From assembly GCA_038212275.1 (NCBI GenBank), contig JBBQUR010000036.1, positions 1 through 14,313 of the forward strand: a stretch of DNA of 14,313 bases, read 5' to 3'. Made by a program: the position numbers and the translations under genes. Source of the DNA: Planctomycetota bacterium. GTDB taxonomy: Bacteria; Planctomycetota; B15-G4. The notes beneath the pieces were generated by a model. It worked only from the letters and a program-made list of their open reading frames with translations. It was not told the DNA's origin and did no database searches. How positions within the stretch are numbered: position 1 is the first letter of the stretch; each line of letters begins with the position of its first letter. Below are positions 1-7,868 of this stretch, in pieces.

Positions 1-529
1 ACTCTCCGGCGTAGGGGGAACGGAATGTTGTCACAGTGCTCAGAGCAACAAGGGAGGTCTCATCCGGTCGCTGGCACCACAGCCAGCGTCAGCTTCGGTA
101 TAAGTTGGCAAAATGAAATCCGAAGCGATGCCGGGTGAGAAATCGGAGGGGGTCGTAGTGCCGTGGATGGCACGTCAAGACAACCGTGCCGGAGGGAAGG
201 GCCCCTGCTTCAACCCTGTCAAGCGAGGAGGTAAGTGACGGTGCATGCCCAATGGGCCAATCACACCCGGTCCGGCTCGGCCGGACCGCAACATCACGAC
301 GACTCCAGCGCGGACTATGCCGCCGGGCCAAGATGGGGAACCGCAATGCTTCCAGCCTGCACTGTGGCGGGCCGCGAACGGAAGCAGTGCGGAGCCCCTC
401 GCACGCCCGCGGCGGACGGTTGTCGGAAAGCCGTATGAAGGAGAACTTCACGTACGGTTTGATGTGGCAGGAGGTGGAGACCAGGCTGCGCGTTGTCGGC
501 GCATCCCAGGCGCCACCTCCTGACCCTGC
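1..529 (+). mobile_element. Group II intron, ORF-less, copy 1 (5' part lies outside the window)
   Basis: Domain V at 428-460 (AAGCCGTATGAAGGAGAACTTCACGTACGGTTT: AGC triad 429-431, CG bulge). Domain VI stem CAGGAGGTGG/CCACCTCCTG with bulged A523. DIII-like GGGGTCGTAGTGCCG...GGGAAGGGCCCC. DIV only ~200 nt, no intact RT ORF. Bases 1-233 match 13943-14174. Confidence 0.93.
245..332 (+). pseudogene. Vestige of the intron-encoded RT/maturase N-terminus
   Basis: GGAGG then ATG at 245 (MPNGPITP). In another frame, 297-332 reads RRLQRGLCRRAK, resembling the IEP RT0 motif (RxLQRxLYxxAK). No YADD or other RT motifs follow before domain V. Confidence 0.6.
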
Positions 530-602
530 CAGCGGGCCGGCTCGGCCGTATGCCGTGCGGAGACTCGGTGGCCGGCCGCTGAGCAGCAGGTCGTCGTCAG
601 GC
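530..602 (+). other. attC site, 3' part (3' exon of intron copy 1)
   Basis: CAGCGGGCCGGC...GCCGGCCGCTG imperfect inverted arms, ending in the core-like GTCAGGC (596-602). Same layout as the intact attC at 12531-12646. Confidence 0.8.
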
Positions 603-618
603 AGGAGCATCGCAAGTC

Positions 619-1023
619 ATGACTGAGCGCGTAGGAACAGGCCGCGTCGATCGCGTGGTGCTCATACTCACCATCCTGGGCCTTTCAGTCTCCCTGTGCT
701 CTCTGATTGTGGACGCCAACTGGCCATCTGAGGAGCCCTTCAGCTTCACCAGTGCGAACCAGACGTTCCCTCGGCTCCTCTTGTACTGGTTCACGGGCAG
801 TGCTTTCGCCATCGCATCTGCCTTCGTTTGGCATCAACGGCTTGTGCTGGCGCGGTCTCTTGCCTATTCGGGCGCCTACTTGATGCTGCTCGGCATCAAC
901 AACGGTGTGTGGGGCACGGCTACCTACATGCCGCATCGTATTGCAGCGCGTGCAGTGAGCCTCACCGTGGCACTTGTCGTCGCAGCTAGGACTCGGAACC
1001 CAAATGTTGTCGCATCCGCCTGA
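619..1023 (+). CDS. Gene-cassette membrane protein, 134 aa, about 4 TM helices, function unknown
   Basis: AGGAG RBS just after core GTCAGGC. Hydrophobic segments. Stop TGA lies inside the inverse core GCCTGAC (1018-1024), the exact complement of the upstream core. Confidence 0.75.
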   Translation: MTERVGTGRVDRVVLILTILGLSVSLCSLIVDANWPSEEPFSFTSANQTFPRLLLYWFTGSAFAIASAFVWHQRLVLARSLAYSGAYLMLLGINNGVWGTATYMPHRIAARAVSLTVALVVAARTRNPNVVASA

Positions 1024-1033
1024 CCCGCCGCTG
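1018..1033 (+). other. attC site, 5' part (R'' plus start of left arm), interrupted by intron stub
   Basis: GCCTGAC-CCGCCGCTG parallels GCCTAAC-TCGCCGCTG (12531) and GGCTAAC-ACGCCGCTG (13649). Confidence 0.78.
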
Positions 1034-1079
1034 GTGTGCCTTCAAAGCTTCTTAGAACTTGCCGGTGGACGTCCGGCCG
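1034..1079 (+). mobile_element. Group II intron 5' stub (copy 2)
   Basis: 40/46 identical to 13665-13710. Starts GTGTG directly after CCGCTG. Similarity ends at about 1079. Confidence 0.85.
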
Positions 1080-1158
1080 ACGTCCGCGACGTCCGCTGCC
1101 TGCGCAACGAGCGCCTCGACCAGTTGCCGACCGAGCACCTGATGGGCGCGTGCGGCTG

Positions 1159-2820
1159 ATGGATCCGGCGGCGCCGGCGCGACGCGGGTGGAGCCGGTGG
1201 CGACGGCGGACAGGTCTCCTCGGCCTCGGGCTGCTGCTGTGCGGCGTGTTGCTGAAAGGCTGCTACGTCCCTCCCGTCGTGCTGGCGGCGGGCGTGCCTG
1301 CACTCGACATCACGGAGTTTCCGCCGGGCGCCGAGCTCGTCGAGGTGCGGGCCGCGCCGGGCATCACGCTGCGGGGCGTGCAGATGGCCCCGCCACCCGG
1401 TGCGCCCGTGGTGCTGCACCTGCTCGAGTCCATGGCATCGATCACGAATGGCTCCCGGCCGTTCGGCACCATCTCGATCGGCGGTGATCCGGAAAGCGAG
1501 GCGGGACAGGTCCGCTCGCTTTCGCAGCTCATGGCCGACGGCTGGCCTGCAGAATCACCGGACGACAAGCTGCGGCTGCAGCACCGCTGGCTCTCTCGCC
1601 TGACGGCGCTGGGACTCGGCGGCCTGGTGCTGGATTACGAAGGCGTGGGCGCGAGCGACGGCGCGCGGAGCCCCGACACGCTGCGCCGCGATGCGCGGGC
1701 CGCCTGGGAGCGAGCCGTCGCGCTCGCGGGCGGCGACGAGCGGCGCGTCATCCTCCGCGGCACGTCGCTGGGCGCGCTGGCGGCGGCCACGCTCCTGCAG
1801 GACGGCGCACGGCCCGGCGCGGTGATCCTGATCGCGCCGGTGCGCGCCGAAACGGTGGCCGTGAACTTCGCGAGCCGCACGTGGAGTCCGGCACTGCTCT
1901 TCGTCGCGCAGTGGTTCGTGCGGGACGCCGTGGACGTGAATCTCGTGGAAGTGCTGGGGCGGCTCGACGTGCCGCTGCTGGTCGTCTCGACGCGAGACGA
2001 TTTCCTGCTGCCGCCCGACGAGGCCGCACTCGTGGCCTCGGCGGTCTCGCGCGCGGGCGGCACGTTCCTTCTGCGGCGCTCGAGCCACGAGGGCCTGTCG
2101 CTCAGCAGCCGCGATGTCCTGGCCGTGGAGCTGGCCTTCTTCGATCGCGTGTTTCCCGCCGTGCGTCCCGGCCGGCTCGACGCGGTGCTCCGCGTCGCGC
2201 AGGATCGGAACATGGATCCGCAGCTGCTTGCGCCAGGAACCCGGGGGCGCGAGCGGCTGGAGGCGCTGCTGGCGCAGACCGCGCTGCCTGCGCCGGAGCT
2301 GACCCTGGCCGCTGTGCTCGCCGGGCTGAGCGACGCGGAACTTGGCAGCGTGTCCGACTGGCTCGCGTGGTTGCCACGGGAACGGATCGGCGCGCTGGCG
2401 CAGCCGGAACTCGATGCGCTGCTGAACCTGCAGGATCCGTCCGGGCGCGTCGACATCGCGTGCCTCGGCGAGACCGCGGCCGCGTGGTCCGCCGTGCCGC
2501 GCGATGCTGCGCAGATTGTCGCGGCTTTCGTGAGCACGGTCCGCTCCGCGAAGCCGGTCTCCGTCGAGTTCGTCATCAGCTTCATCACCGGGAAGGTGGA
2601 GACACCGGATTGCGAAGCGATCGCCCTGAGCGAGTTCCAGAACTCGCGCCGCAAGCTGCTGAAGGACCGCGGCCTGCCGCCCGCCGACGCGGACCGCCTG
2701 ACGCTGCGCGTGATGCTCAAGGCCGCCGGAATTCCGGAGCGCGTCGTGACGGGCGCTGCCGGCGTGTCGTGCGTGCAGGTGTTCGAGGACGGCGTGTGGC
2801 GCGAGTTCGACCTGCCGTGA
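1159..2820 (+). CDS. Alpha/beta hydrolase with N-terminal signal/anchor and C-terminal extension
   Basis: LDYEGVGASDG, nucleophile elbow GTSLG, candidate Asp (RDDFL) and His (SSHEG). Basic plus hydrophobic N-terminus ending LKGC. Start moved to ATG 1159 because the listed start at 1036 lies in the intron stub. Confidence 0.8.
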   Translation: MDPAAPARRGWSRWRRRTGLLGLGLLLCGVLLKGCYVPPVVLAAGVPALDITEFPPGAELVEVRAAPGITLRGVQMAPPPGAPVVLHLLESMASITNGSRPFGTISIGGDPESEAGQVRSLSQLMADGWPAESPDDKLRLQHRWLSRLTALGLGGLVLDYEGVGASDGARSPDTLRRDARAAWERAVALAGGDERRVILRGTSLGALAAATLLQDGARPGAVILIAPVRAETVAVNFASRTWSPALLFVAQWFVRDAVDVNLVEVLGRLDVPLLVVSTRDDFLLPPDEAALVASAVSRAGGTFLLRRSSHEGLSLSSRDVLAVELAFFDRVFPAVRPGRLDAVLRVAQDRNMDPQLLAPGTRGRERLEALLAQTALPAPELTLAAVLAGLSDAELGSVSDWLAWLPRERIGALAQPELDALLNLQDPSGRVDIACLGETAAAWSAVPRDAAQIVAAFVSTVRSAKPVSVEFVISFITGKVETPDCEAIALSEFQNSRRKLLKDRGLPPADADRLTLRVMLKAAGIPERVVTGAAGVSCVQVFEDGVWREFDLP

Positions 2821-2927
2821 GTGCCCCGGTTCGCTCTTTCTCGGCCTCGACGTCGTCACGCAGGGCAAGGGTGACGCACGGGGCTGATCATGTTCGCGGC
2901 GCGCGATCCCCGGGAGGCTTCCGCCTC

Positions 2928-3596
2928 GTGCCTCCGAGATGGCCTCGTCGGCACGGAAGTCGCAGCTTCTTACTCATGGCTGCGTGCCTGTTCAGCCTGA
3001 TCTCGTTGTCCGGCGGCTGCGCAAGCGTGGTGCCGGCGGCGCCCGCGCCGAGGCCGGTGAGTTGGGCCGTGCCGGTGGCCGCCGGTCCGGGCCTGCCTTC
3101 GCTGCATCGCGTCAGCTCGTCGCTCTATCGCTCGGCGCAGCCCACCGAGGAGGGCTTCGAGCGCCTGAGTTCACGAACCAGTCTCCTTCCACCCGATGCC
3201 CCGATCGAGACCGTCCTCTCGCTGCGCGGCTTTCATGTTGACGACGCGCTCGTCACCGGCCCGGGGCTGCGCCTCGAGCAGATCCGCTTTCACACGTGGC
3301 ATGCCGAGGACGAGGACGTGGTCAAGTTCCTGCGCATCGTGACCACGCCCGCGTGCCAGCCGGTGCTGGTGCATTGCCGGCACGGCGCGGACCGCACGGG
3401 AGCGATGGTGGCCATCTACCGCGTCGCGTACGAAGGCTGGACAAAATCACAAGCCCTCGACGAGATGGTCCACGGCGGCTTCGGCTTCCATCCCATGTGG
3501 CAGAACCTGCTGGACTACATCGAGGAACTGGACATCGACGCCATCAAGGCGCAGGTTGCGGAGCAGGGTCGCTGGCCGGTAAGGCCTGCACAGTGA
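2928..3596 (+). CDS. Protein-tyrosine/dual-specificity phosphatase family protein, probable lipoprotein
   Basis: CX5R motif VHCRHGADRTG and LYRSAQP. Signal-like FLLMAACLFSLISLSGGC. Start uncertain: GTG 2928 after GGAGG, or ATG 2976. Confidence 0.85.
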   Translation: MPPRWPRRHGSRSFLLMAACLFSLISLSGGCASVVPAAPAPRPVSWAVPVAAGPGLPSLHRVSSSLYRSAQPTEEGFERLSSRTSLLPPDAPIETVLSLRGFHVDDALVTGPGLRLEQIRFHTWHAEDEDVVKFLRIVTTPACQPVLVHCRHGADRTGAMVAIYRVAYEGWTKSQALDEMVHGGFGFHPMWQNLLDYIEELDIDAIKAQVAEQGRWPVRPAQ

Positions 3597-3608
3597 GACT
3601 CACGGCGC

Positions 3609-6600
3609 TCAGGGCGCGGGCCCCGCGCGCTGCACGATGGACTCGAAGGCCTCGACGCCCTGCAGCGAAGCAAAGTCCGTGTCGCGCAGCCGCGGCCGAT
3701 CCGAGAATCCCTTGGCGACGGCCTCGTCGAGCATCGCGAGGCACAACTCTTCCGAGCGCAGGGCGATCTCGGCGTCGGCCGACGCGGCATGCGCTGCCTC
3801 CGCGGCCTCCGCTGCCACGGGTCCGCCCTCACCGGCGCTTCCGCGCGCAGCGGCGGCGAGTCGCCCGGTGATCTGCGCGCCCTGAAACAGGATGTCCGGC
3901 CGACGCCCGCCCAATTCGAAGGCCTCCTCGCACACGGCCAGCGCCTCGTCGAAGTCGCCCGTGGCGCGGTGCACGTCGGCGAGCTGGAACAAGGCGCTGG
4001 CGAGCTGGCTGCCCACGTCATTGCTGTCCGGCGCGGCCGCGCGCATCTGCCGCACGTTGGCCACGCCGTCCTGCGCTTCGCCCAGCGCGCGCTCCGGATC
4101 GCCGAGATTCAGATGCATGCCCGACGCCACGGCCAGCGCCGCGCCGAGGAAGTAGCTGTACTGCAGATTGTCGGGAAACTCCGTGACGAGACGCTCGAGC
4201 GTCGCGCACGACTCCTCGATGAGCGTCGCGGCCTCGGCGAAGCGCTTCTGGTTGCCCAACTCCGCACTGAGATTGATGCCGATGACCGCGGCGCTCTGGC
4301 CATACGACGGCTCACGCGGAAACTCCTGCGCGAGGCTGCGGCCGGCCTCGAGTCCCGCACCGAGCACCTCCACCGCCTCCGTGCGGTCCGCGCGCGACAT
4401 GAGCAGCAGCCCGAAGTTGTTCGCGGCTTCGACGATGTCGTGGCGCAGCAGGCGGTCACGCGGGTGGTCGCGCCGCAGGCGGATGAGCGCCTCGAAGGCC
4501 GTGCGGAACATCGCCTCGGACTCCTTTCCGTGACCGAGCGCGATGCCCGCCGTGGCGGCGCCATTGAGCGCGGCGGCGTACTGGATCGCGTAGTCCACGG
4601 ACTCGGGGTGGTCGCGGTGAAGCCGCTCCGCCGTCCCGGCCGCGAGCAGGTAGAGCTGGCGCCCCTCTTCGTCATCGCCGAAGTCGTTCGCAAGGCGCGC
4701 GAGGTTCGACAGCACGATCACCTGGTCGCGCAGCCACGAAGGTGCCGGATCGGGCCGCCCGGTCAGGCCTTCGAGCAACTCGAGCGCCTCGCCGTACGTC
4801 GCGCGCGCCTCGTCGAGCCGGCCGGCATCCTGCTCCAGCGTGCCCACCTGCGAGAGGCAGCCCGCGAGCATGTGAATCAGCTCGCCGTCCTCCGGCGCCT
4901 CCGCCACCAGGCCGCGCAGCGTGGCGATGATCTCGTCGAAGGTCGCGAGCGCTTCGTCGCGGCGCCCGAGTTCCAGCAGGATGTCGCCGATGGAACGCAG
5001 CGTGCGCGCGTGCTCGGCGCGCGGCACGACGTCGCCGGGCTGCTCGGTGCTCAGCTCGCGGTAGAAGACGAGCGCGCGTTCGAGCAGCGCGATGCGCGTG
5101 TCCTCCATGCCGGGCAGGTTCTCCAGGTCGTTGGAGCCGACCTCCCAGAGCATCTGGTCCACGGCCTGCAGCGTGCGCTGGTAGCCGCGCTCGCTGGCCT
5201 GGCGTTGCAGCGTTTCCGCAGCCAGCGAGCGCTGCAGGGCCTGCCGGCCCGCGCTCAGCTCGTCGTTGAGGCGGCGCTGCTCGTCCGCGGCGCGCGACTG
5301 CAGCATGCCGTAGCCCACGGGCCCGCCGACGAGCAGCACCGCGCCGAGCACGGAGGCCAGCGCGCGCGCCGGGTTGCGCTGCGCCCAGCGCCGCAGTCGC
5401 AGCGTCGGTCCCGGACGGCGCGCGGACACCGGGCGCAGCTCCAGCGCGTTCTGCAGATCCTCGGCGAAGGCCGCCGCGTCGACGTAGCGGCGTTCGCGCT
5501 CGAGAGACATCGCGCGCTGGCAGACGGTCTCGGCGTCGCGCGGCACGGCCGCATTGAGGTCGCGCAGCGGGATGAGGCGGCCGTCGAGGATGCGCTGGCG
5601 CGTGGCCTCGATGTCGCCGCCGGTGAAGGGCGAGCGCAGCGTGAGCATCTCGTAGAGCGTGGCGCCAAGCGAGTAGACGTCGGTGCGCGCGTCAAGATCG
5701 CCGTGCTCGCCGCGCACCTGCTCCGGCGACATCCACGCCAGCGAGCCGAGCTGCGCGCCGCTGCCCGTGATGCGTTCGCTGCCCGCGGCCGCCGCGAGGC
5801 CGAAGTCGATCAGCAGCACGCGGCCCTCCGGCGTCAGCATGATGTTGCTGGGCTTGATGTCGCGATGCAGGACGCCCTGCTCGTGGGCGTGCTGCAGCGC
5901 GTCCGCGACGAGGCGCACGATGCGCAGGCAGGTCGCGGCCCACGTGCCGGCGAACAACTCCCCGGCCGTCGCACTCGAGCCCGTGCCGCGGCTTGCGCTG
6001 GCCGCTGCGCCGCCCGTGCCGCGGCTTGCGCTGGCCGCCGCGCCGCCCGTGCCGCGGCTTGCGCTGGCTGCCGCGCCGCCCGTGCCGCCCGTGCCGCTCG
6101 TGCCGACGGAGCTGCCGCCACTCGCCTCGCGCCGGGCCGTCAGCACCTCGACCGCGCGGCGCAGGTGCGCGCCGGTGAGCCGCGACGGGTCGCGTCCGGC
6201 AAGCGCCGTGAGCAGCTCTTCCAGCGAGGCGCCGCGCACGCGCTCCATTGCGTAGTACGGGATGCCCTTGTCCTCGCCCGCGGCGTACACCGGGATGATG
6301 CCCGGATGCGCGAGCCGCGCGACGGCCTCGACCTCGCGCCGGAAGCGGTCGCGCGCGCCGGGAAAGTAGAGCAGGTCCGGGCGCACGAGCTTGAGCGCGA
6401 CGCGGCGCTGCAGGCCGTCCTGCTCCGCGACGAAGACGACTCCCATGCCGCCGCCGCCGAGCCGGCCGAGGATGCGGAACTCGCCGATGCGCTCGGGCAG
6501 CGGCGCGTCCTTCGGCGGCGCGCCGATGAAGCCGATGGCGCGGAGCTGTTCGACGCGCGCCCGCAGCGCGCTGGCCTGGCCCGGGTGCGCGACGCACAGC

Positions 6601-6719
6601 GCCTCGAGCGCCGGCGGTCCTTCGCGCTCGATTCTCTCGAGCGCCTGCGCGACGAGGTCCGAGAGCGACGCCGGCTGCGCATCGTCGCGTGGAGGGTTTG
6701 AGGGGGCGCGCGAACGCAT
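3609..6719 (-). CDS. Hanks-type Ser/Thr protein kinase with TM helix and C-terminal TPR-like repeats
   Basis: GGGGMGVV, VALK, HRDIKPSN, DFG, WMSPEQ, DVYSLG motifs. Hydrophobic ALASVLGAVLLVGGPVGYGML. Helical repeats afterwards. Confidence 0.95.
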   Translation of the reverse strand: MRSRAPSNPPRDDAQPASLSDLVAQALERIEREGPPALEALCVAHPGQASALRARVEQLRAIGFIGAPPKDAPLPERIGEFRILGRLGGGGMGVVFVAEQDGLQRRVALKLVRPDLLYFPGARDRFRREVEAVARLAHPGIIPVYAAGEDKGIPYYAMERVRGASLEELLTALAGRDPSRLTGAHLRRAVEVLTARREASGGSSVGTSGTGGTGGAAASASRGTGGAAASASRGTGGAAASASRGTGSSATAGELFAGTWAATCLRIVRLVADALQHAHEQGVLHRDIKPSNIMLTPEGRVLLIDFGLAAAAGSERITGSGAQLGSLAWMSPEQVRGEHGDLDARTDVYSLGATLYEMLTLRSPFTGGDIEATRQRILDGRLIPLRDLNAAVPRDAETVCQRAMSLERERRYVDAAAFAEDLQNALELRPVSARRPGPTLRLRRWAQRNPARALASVLGAVLLVGGPVGYGMLQSRAADEQRRLNDELSAGRQALQRSLAAETLQRQASERGYQRTLQAVDQMLWEVGSNDLENLPGMEDTRIALLERALVFYRELSTEQPGDVVPRAEHARTLRSIGDILLELGRRDEALATFDEIIATLRGLVAEAPEDGELIHMLAGCLSQVGTLEQDAGRLDEARATYGEALELLEGLTGRPDPAPSWLRDQVIVLSNLARLANDFGDDEEGRQLYLLAAGTAERLHRDHPESVDYAIQYAAALNGAATAGIALGHGKESEAMFRTAFEALIRLRRDHPRDRLLRHDIVEAANNFGLLLMSRADRTEAVEVLGAGLEAGRSLAQEFPREPSYGQSAAVIGINLSAELGNQKRFAEAATLIEESCATLERLVTEFPDNLQYSYFLGAALAVASGMHLNLGDPERALGEAQDGVANVRQMRAAAPDSNDVGSQLASALFQLADVHRATGDFDEALAVCEEAFELGGRRPDILFQGAQITGRLAAAARGSAGEGGPVAAEAAEAAHAASADAEIALRSEELCLAMLDEAVAKGFSDRPRLRDTDFASLQGVEAFESIVQRAGPAP
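5980..6096. repeat. 33-bp in-frame tandem repeat (3 copies plus partials) inside the kinase domain
   Basis: Unit CCCGTGCCGCGGCTTGCGCTGGCCGCTGCGCCG with minor variants; encodes (GTGGAAASASR)x3 on the minus strand. Confidence 0.92.
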
Positions 6720-6741
6720 GGGGGCGCAGTCTATCCGCGGC

Positions 6742-6954
6742 TCACGCGGAGTCTGACGGCGACGTGCTCTCCGGCAGCAGCCCCAGGTCGCCGAGGATGA
6801 TGAGCCGGGCGAGCAGGCGCTGCGCCTCCTCGGGGTGGGCAGCCAGCATCGCCGCCACGCCCGGCATGCCCGCCACCTCGAGGATCTCCAGGCATCTGAC
6901 CGTGAGGTCGAGCAGGTCCTGCGGGACAGGCGGCGGTGGTGGGGCGGGTGACAT
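6742..6954 (-). CDS. 70-aa protein homologous to the N-terminal pre-kinase domain of the downstream kinase
   Basis: ATG at 6954 with GAGGT RBS just upstream. 18/47 ungapped identities to the kinase N-terminus. Stops 22 bp before the kinase start. Confidence 0.75.
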   Translation of the reverse strand: MSPAPPPPPVPQDLLDLTVRCLEILEVAGMPGVAAMLAAHPEEAQRLLARLIILGDLGLLPESTSPSDSA

Positions 6955-7123
6955 CGGAGACCTCACTCCCTGAATCCGGATTCCGGCGCAAACGTCACAG
7001 GAAGAACCGCGCCCGGAGCCGGCGCCGCGCCCCGGCCGGGCACTGCGGAGATGCAGCGGATACGATGCCTCCGCCCGCGACGCGGCCGTCAGCCGTCCGG
7101 TCCTCACTCGAGCGCCCCACCAC

Positions 7124-7735
7124 ATGGACCAGGAAAGCCAGTTGCTCGTGCAGCGCGCCACGCAGGGCGACGCTCGTGCCGTCGAGGCGCTGCTCGCGCA
7201 GAACCTGCCGGCCCTGCGCGCGTGGGTGCGGCTGCGCTGCGGCCCGGTGCTGCGCTCGCGCGAGTCGGCCAGCGACATCGTGCAGTCCGCCTGCCGCGAG
7301 GTGCTGCAGCACATCGACCGCTTCCGCTGGAACGGCGAGGCCGGCTTCCGCGCGTGGCTCTACGCGACGACCGCGCGCAAGATCGCGGACCGCGCCGACC
7401 ACTGGCAGGCGCAGCGCCGCGACGCCGCCCGCGAGGTGCCGATGCACGCGCCGGGCCCCGACGGCGACACGCAGGTGCTGGACGTCTACCGCTCCTTCTG
7501 CTCGCCCAGCGCCATGGCGACAGGCCGCGAGACAATGGATCGCATCGAGCGCGCCTTCGAGAAGCTGGCCGACGACGAGCGCGAGATCATCGTGATGTCG
7601 CGCATCGCCGGCCTCACCGGCGCGGAGATCGCGGAGAAGCTCAACTGCAGCGAAGCCGCCGCACGCCAGCGCCTCTTCCGCGCGCTGGCCAATCTCTCCG
7701 AAGCGCTCGAGGGCGAGGGCGGCGCGGCCGGGTGA
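7124..7735 (+). CDS. ECF sigma-70 factor, planctomycete kinase-associated type
   Basis: QGDARAVEALL, SASDIVQ (sigma 2.2), FRAWL, and region 4 EREIIVMSRIAGLTGAEIAEKLNCSEAAARQRLFRAL. Confidence 0.93.
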   Translation: MDQESQLLVQRATQGDARAVEALLAQNLPALRAWVRLRCGPVLRSRESASDIVQSACREVLQHIDRFRWNGEAGFRAWLYATTARKIADRADHWQAQRRDAAREVPMHAPGPDGDTQVLDVYRSFCSPSAMATGRETMDRIERAFEKLADDEREIIVMSRIAGLTGAEIAEKLNCSEAAARQRLFRALANLSEALEGEGGAAG

Positions 7736-7803
7736 CGGACGGCGGCCGCAGCGCTGCGCTGCAAGCCTCACGGGAACGAGACGTGAAGGACTCCGGCAGG
7801 AGC

Positions 7804-7848
7804 CGCGCCGCGCGCCGCACCGGGGGAGGAGTTGCGGCGCGGCGCGCG
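7804..7848. terminator. Imperfect GC-rich hairpin between convergent genes, possible terminator
   Basis: CGCGCCGCGCGCCGCA ... TGCGGCGCGGCGCG inverted arms; no U-tract. Confidence 0.35.
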
Positions 7849-7868
7849 GGCCGCAGTGGCGGGTCAGG

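Noticed and set aside
1..233. Terminal repeats as evidence of a circular contig or phage ends
   Set aside because: The copies differ at 7 positions and are explained as separate intron insertions.
186..626. 146-aa ORF (and overlapping 89-610, 245-523) as intron-encoded protein
   Set aside because: It runs across structured intron RNA and the attC; no RT motifs beyond a 12-aa vestige.
1036..1158. N-terminal extension of the hydrolase ORF
   Set aside because: The start lies in the intron stub; ATG 1159 followed by a signal-like segment is more credible.
1881..2927. Long N-terminus of the 571-aa phosphatase ORF
   Set aside because: Arg/Ala-rich off-frame readthrough overlapping the hydrolase gene.
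2928..3596. Phosphatase as cognate antagonist of the adjacent kinase
   Set aside because: It appears exported or lipid-anchored and is convergently transcribed; adjacency is the only support.
3789..6701. 970-aa plus-strand ORF and other long overlapping ORFs
   Set aside because: Antisense shadows of GC-rich genes with no recognisable motifs.
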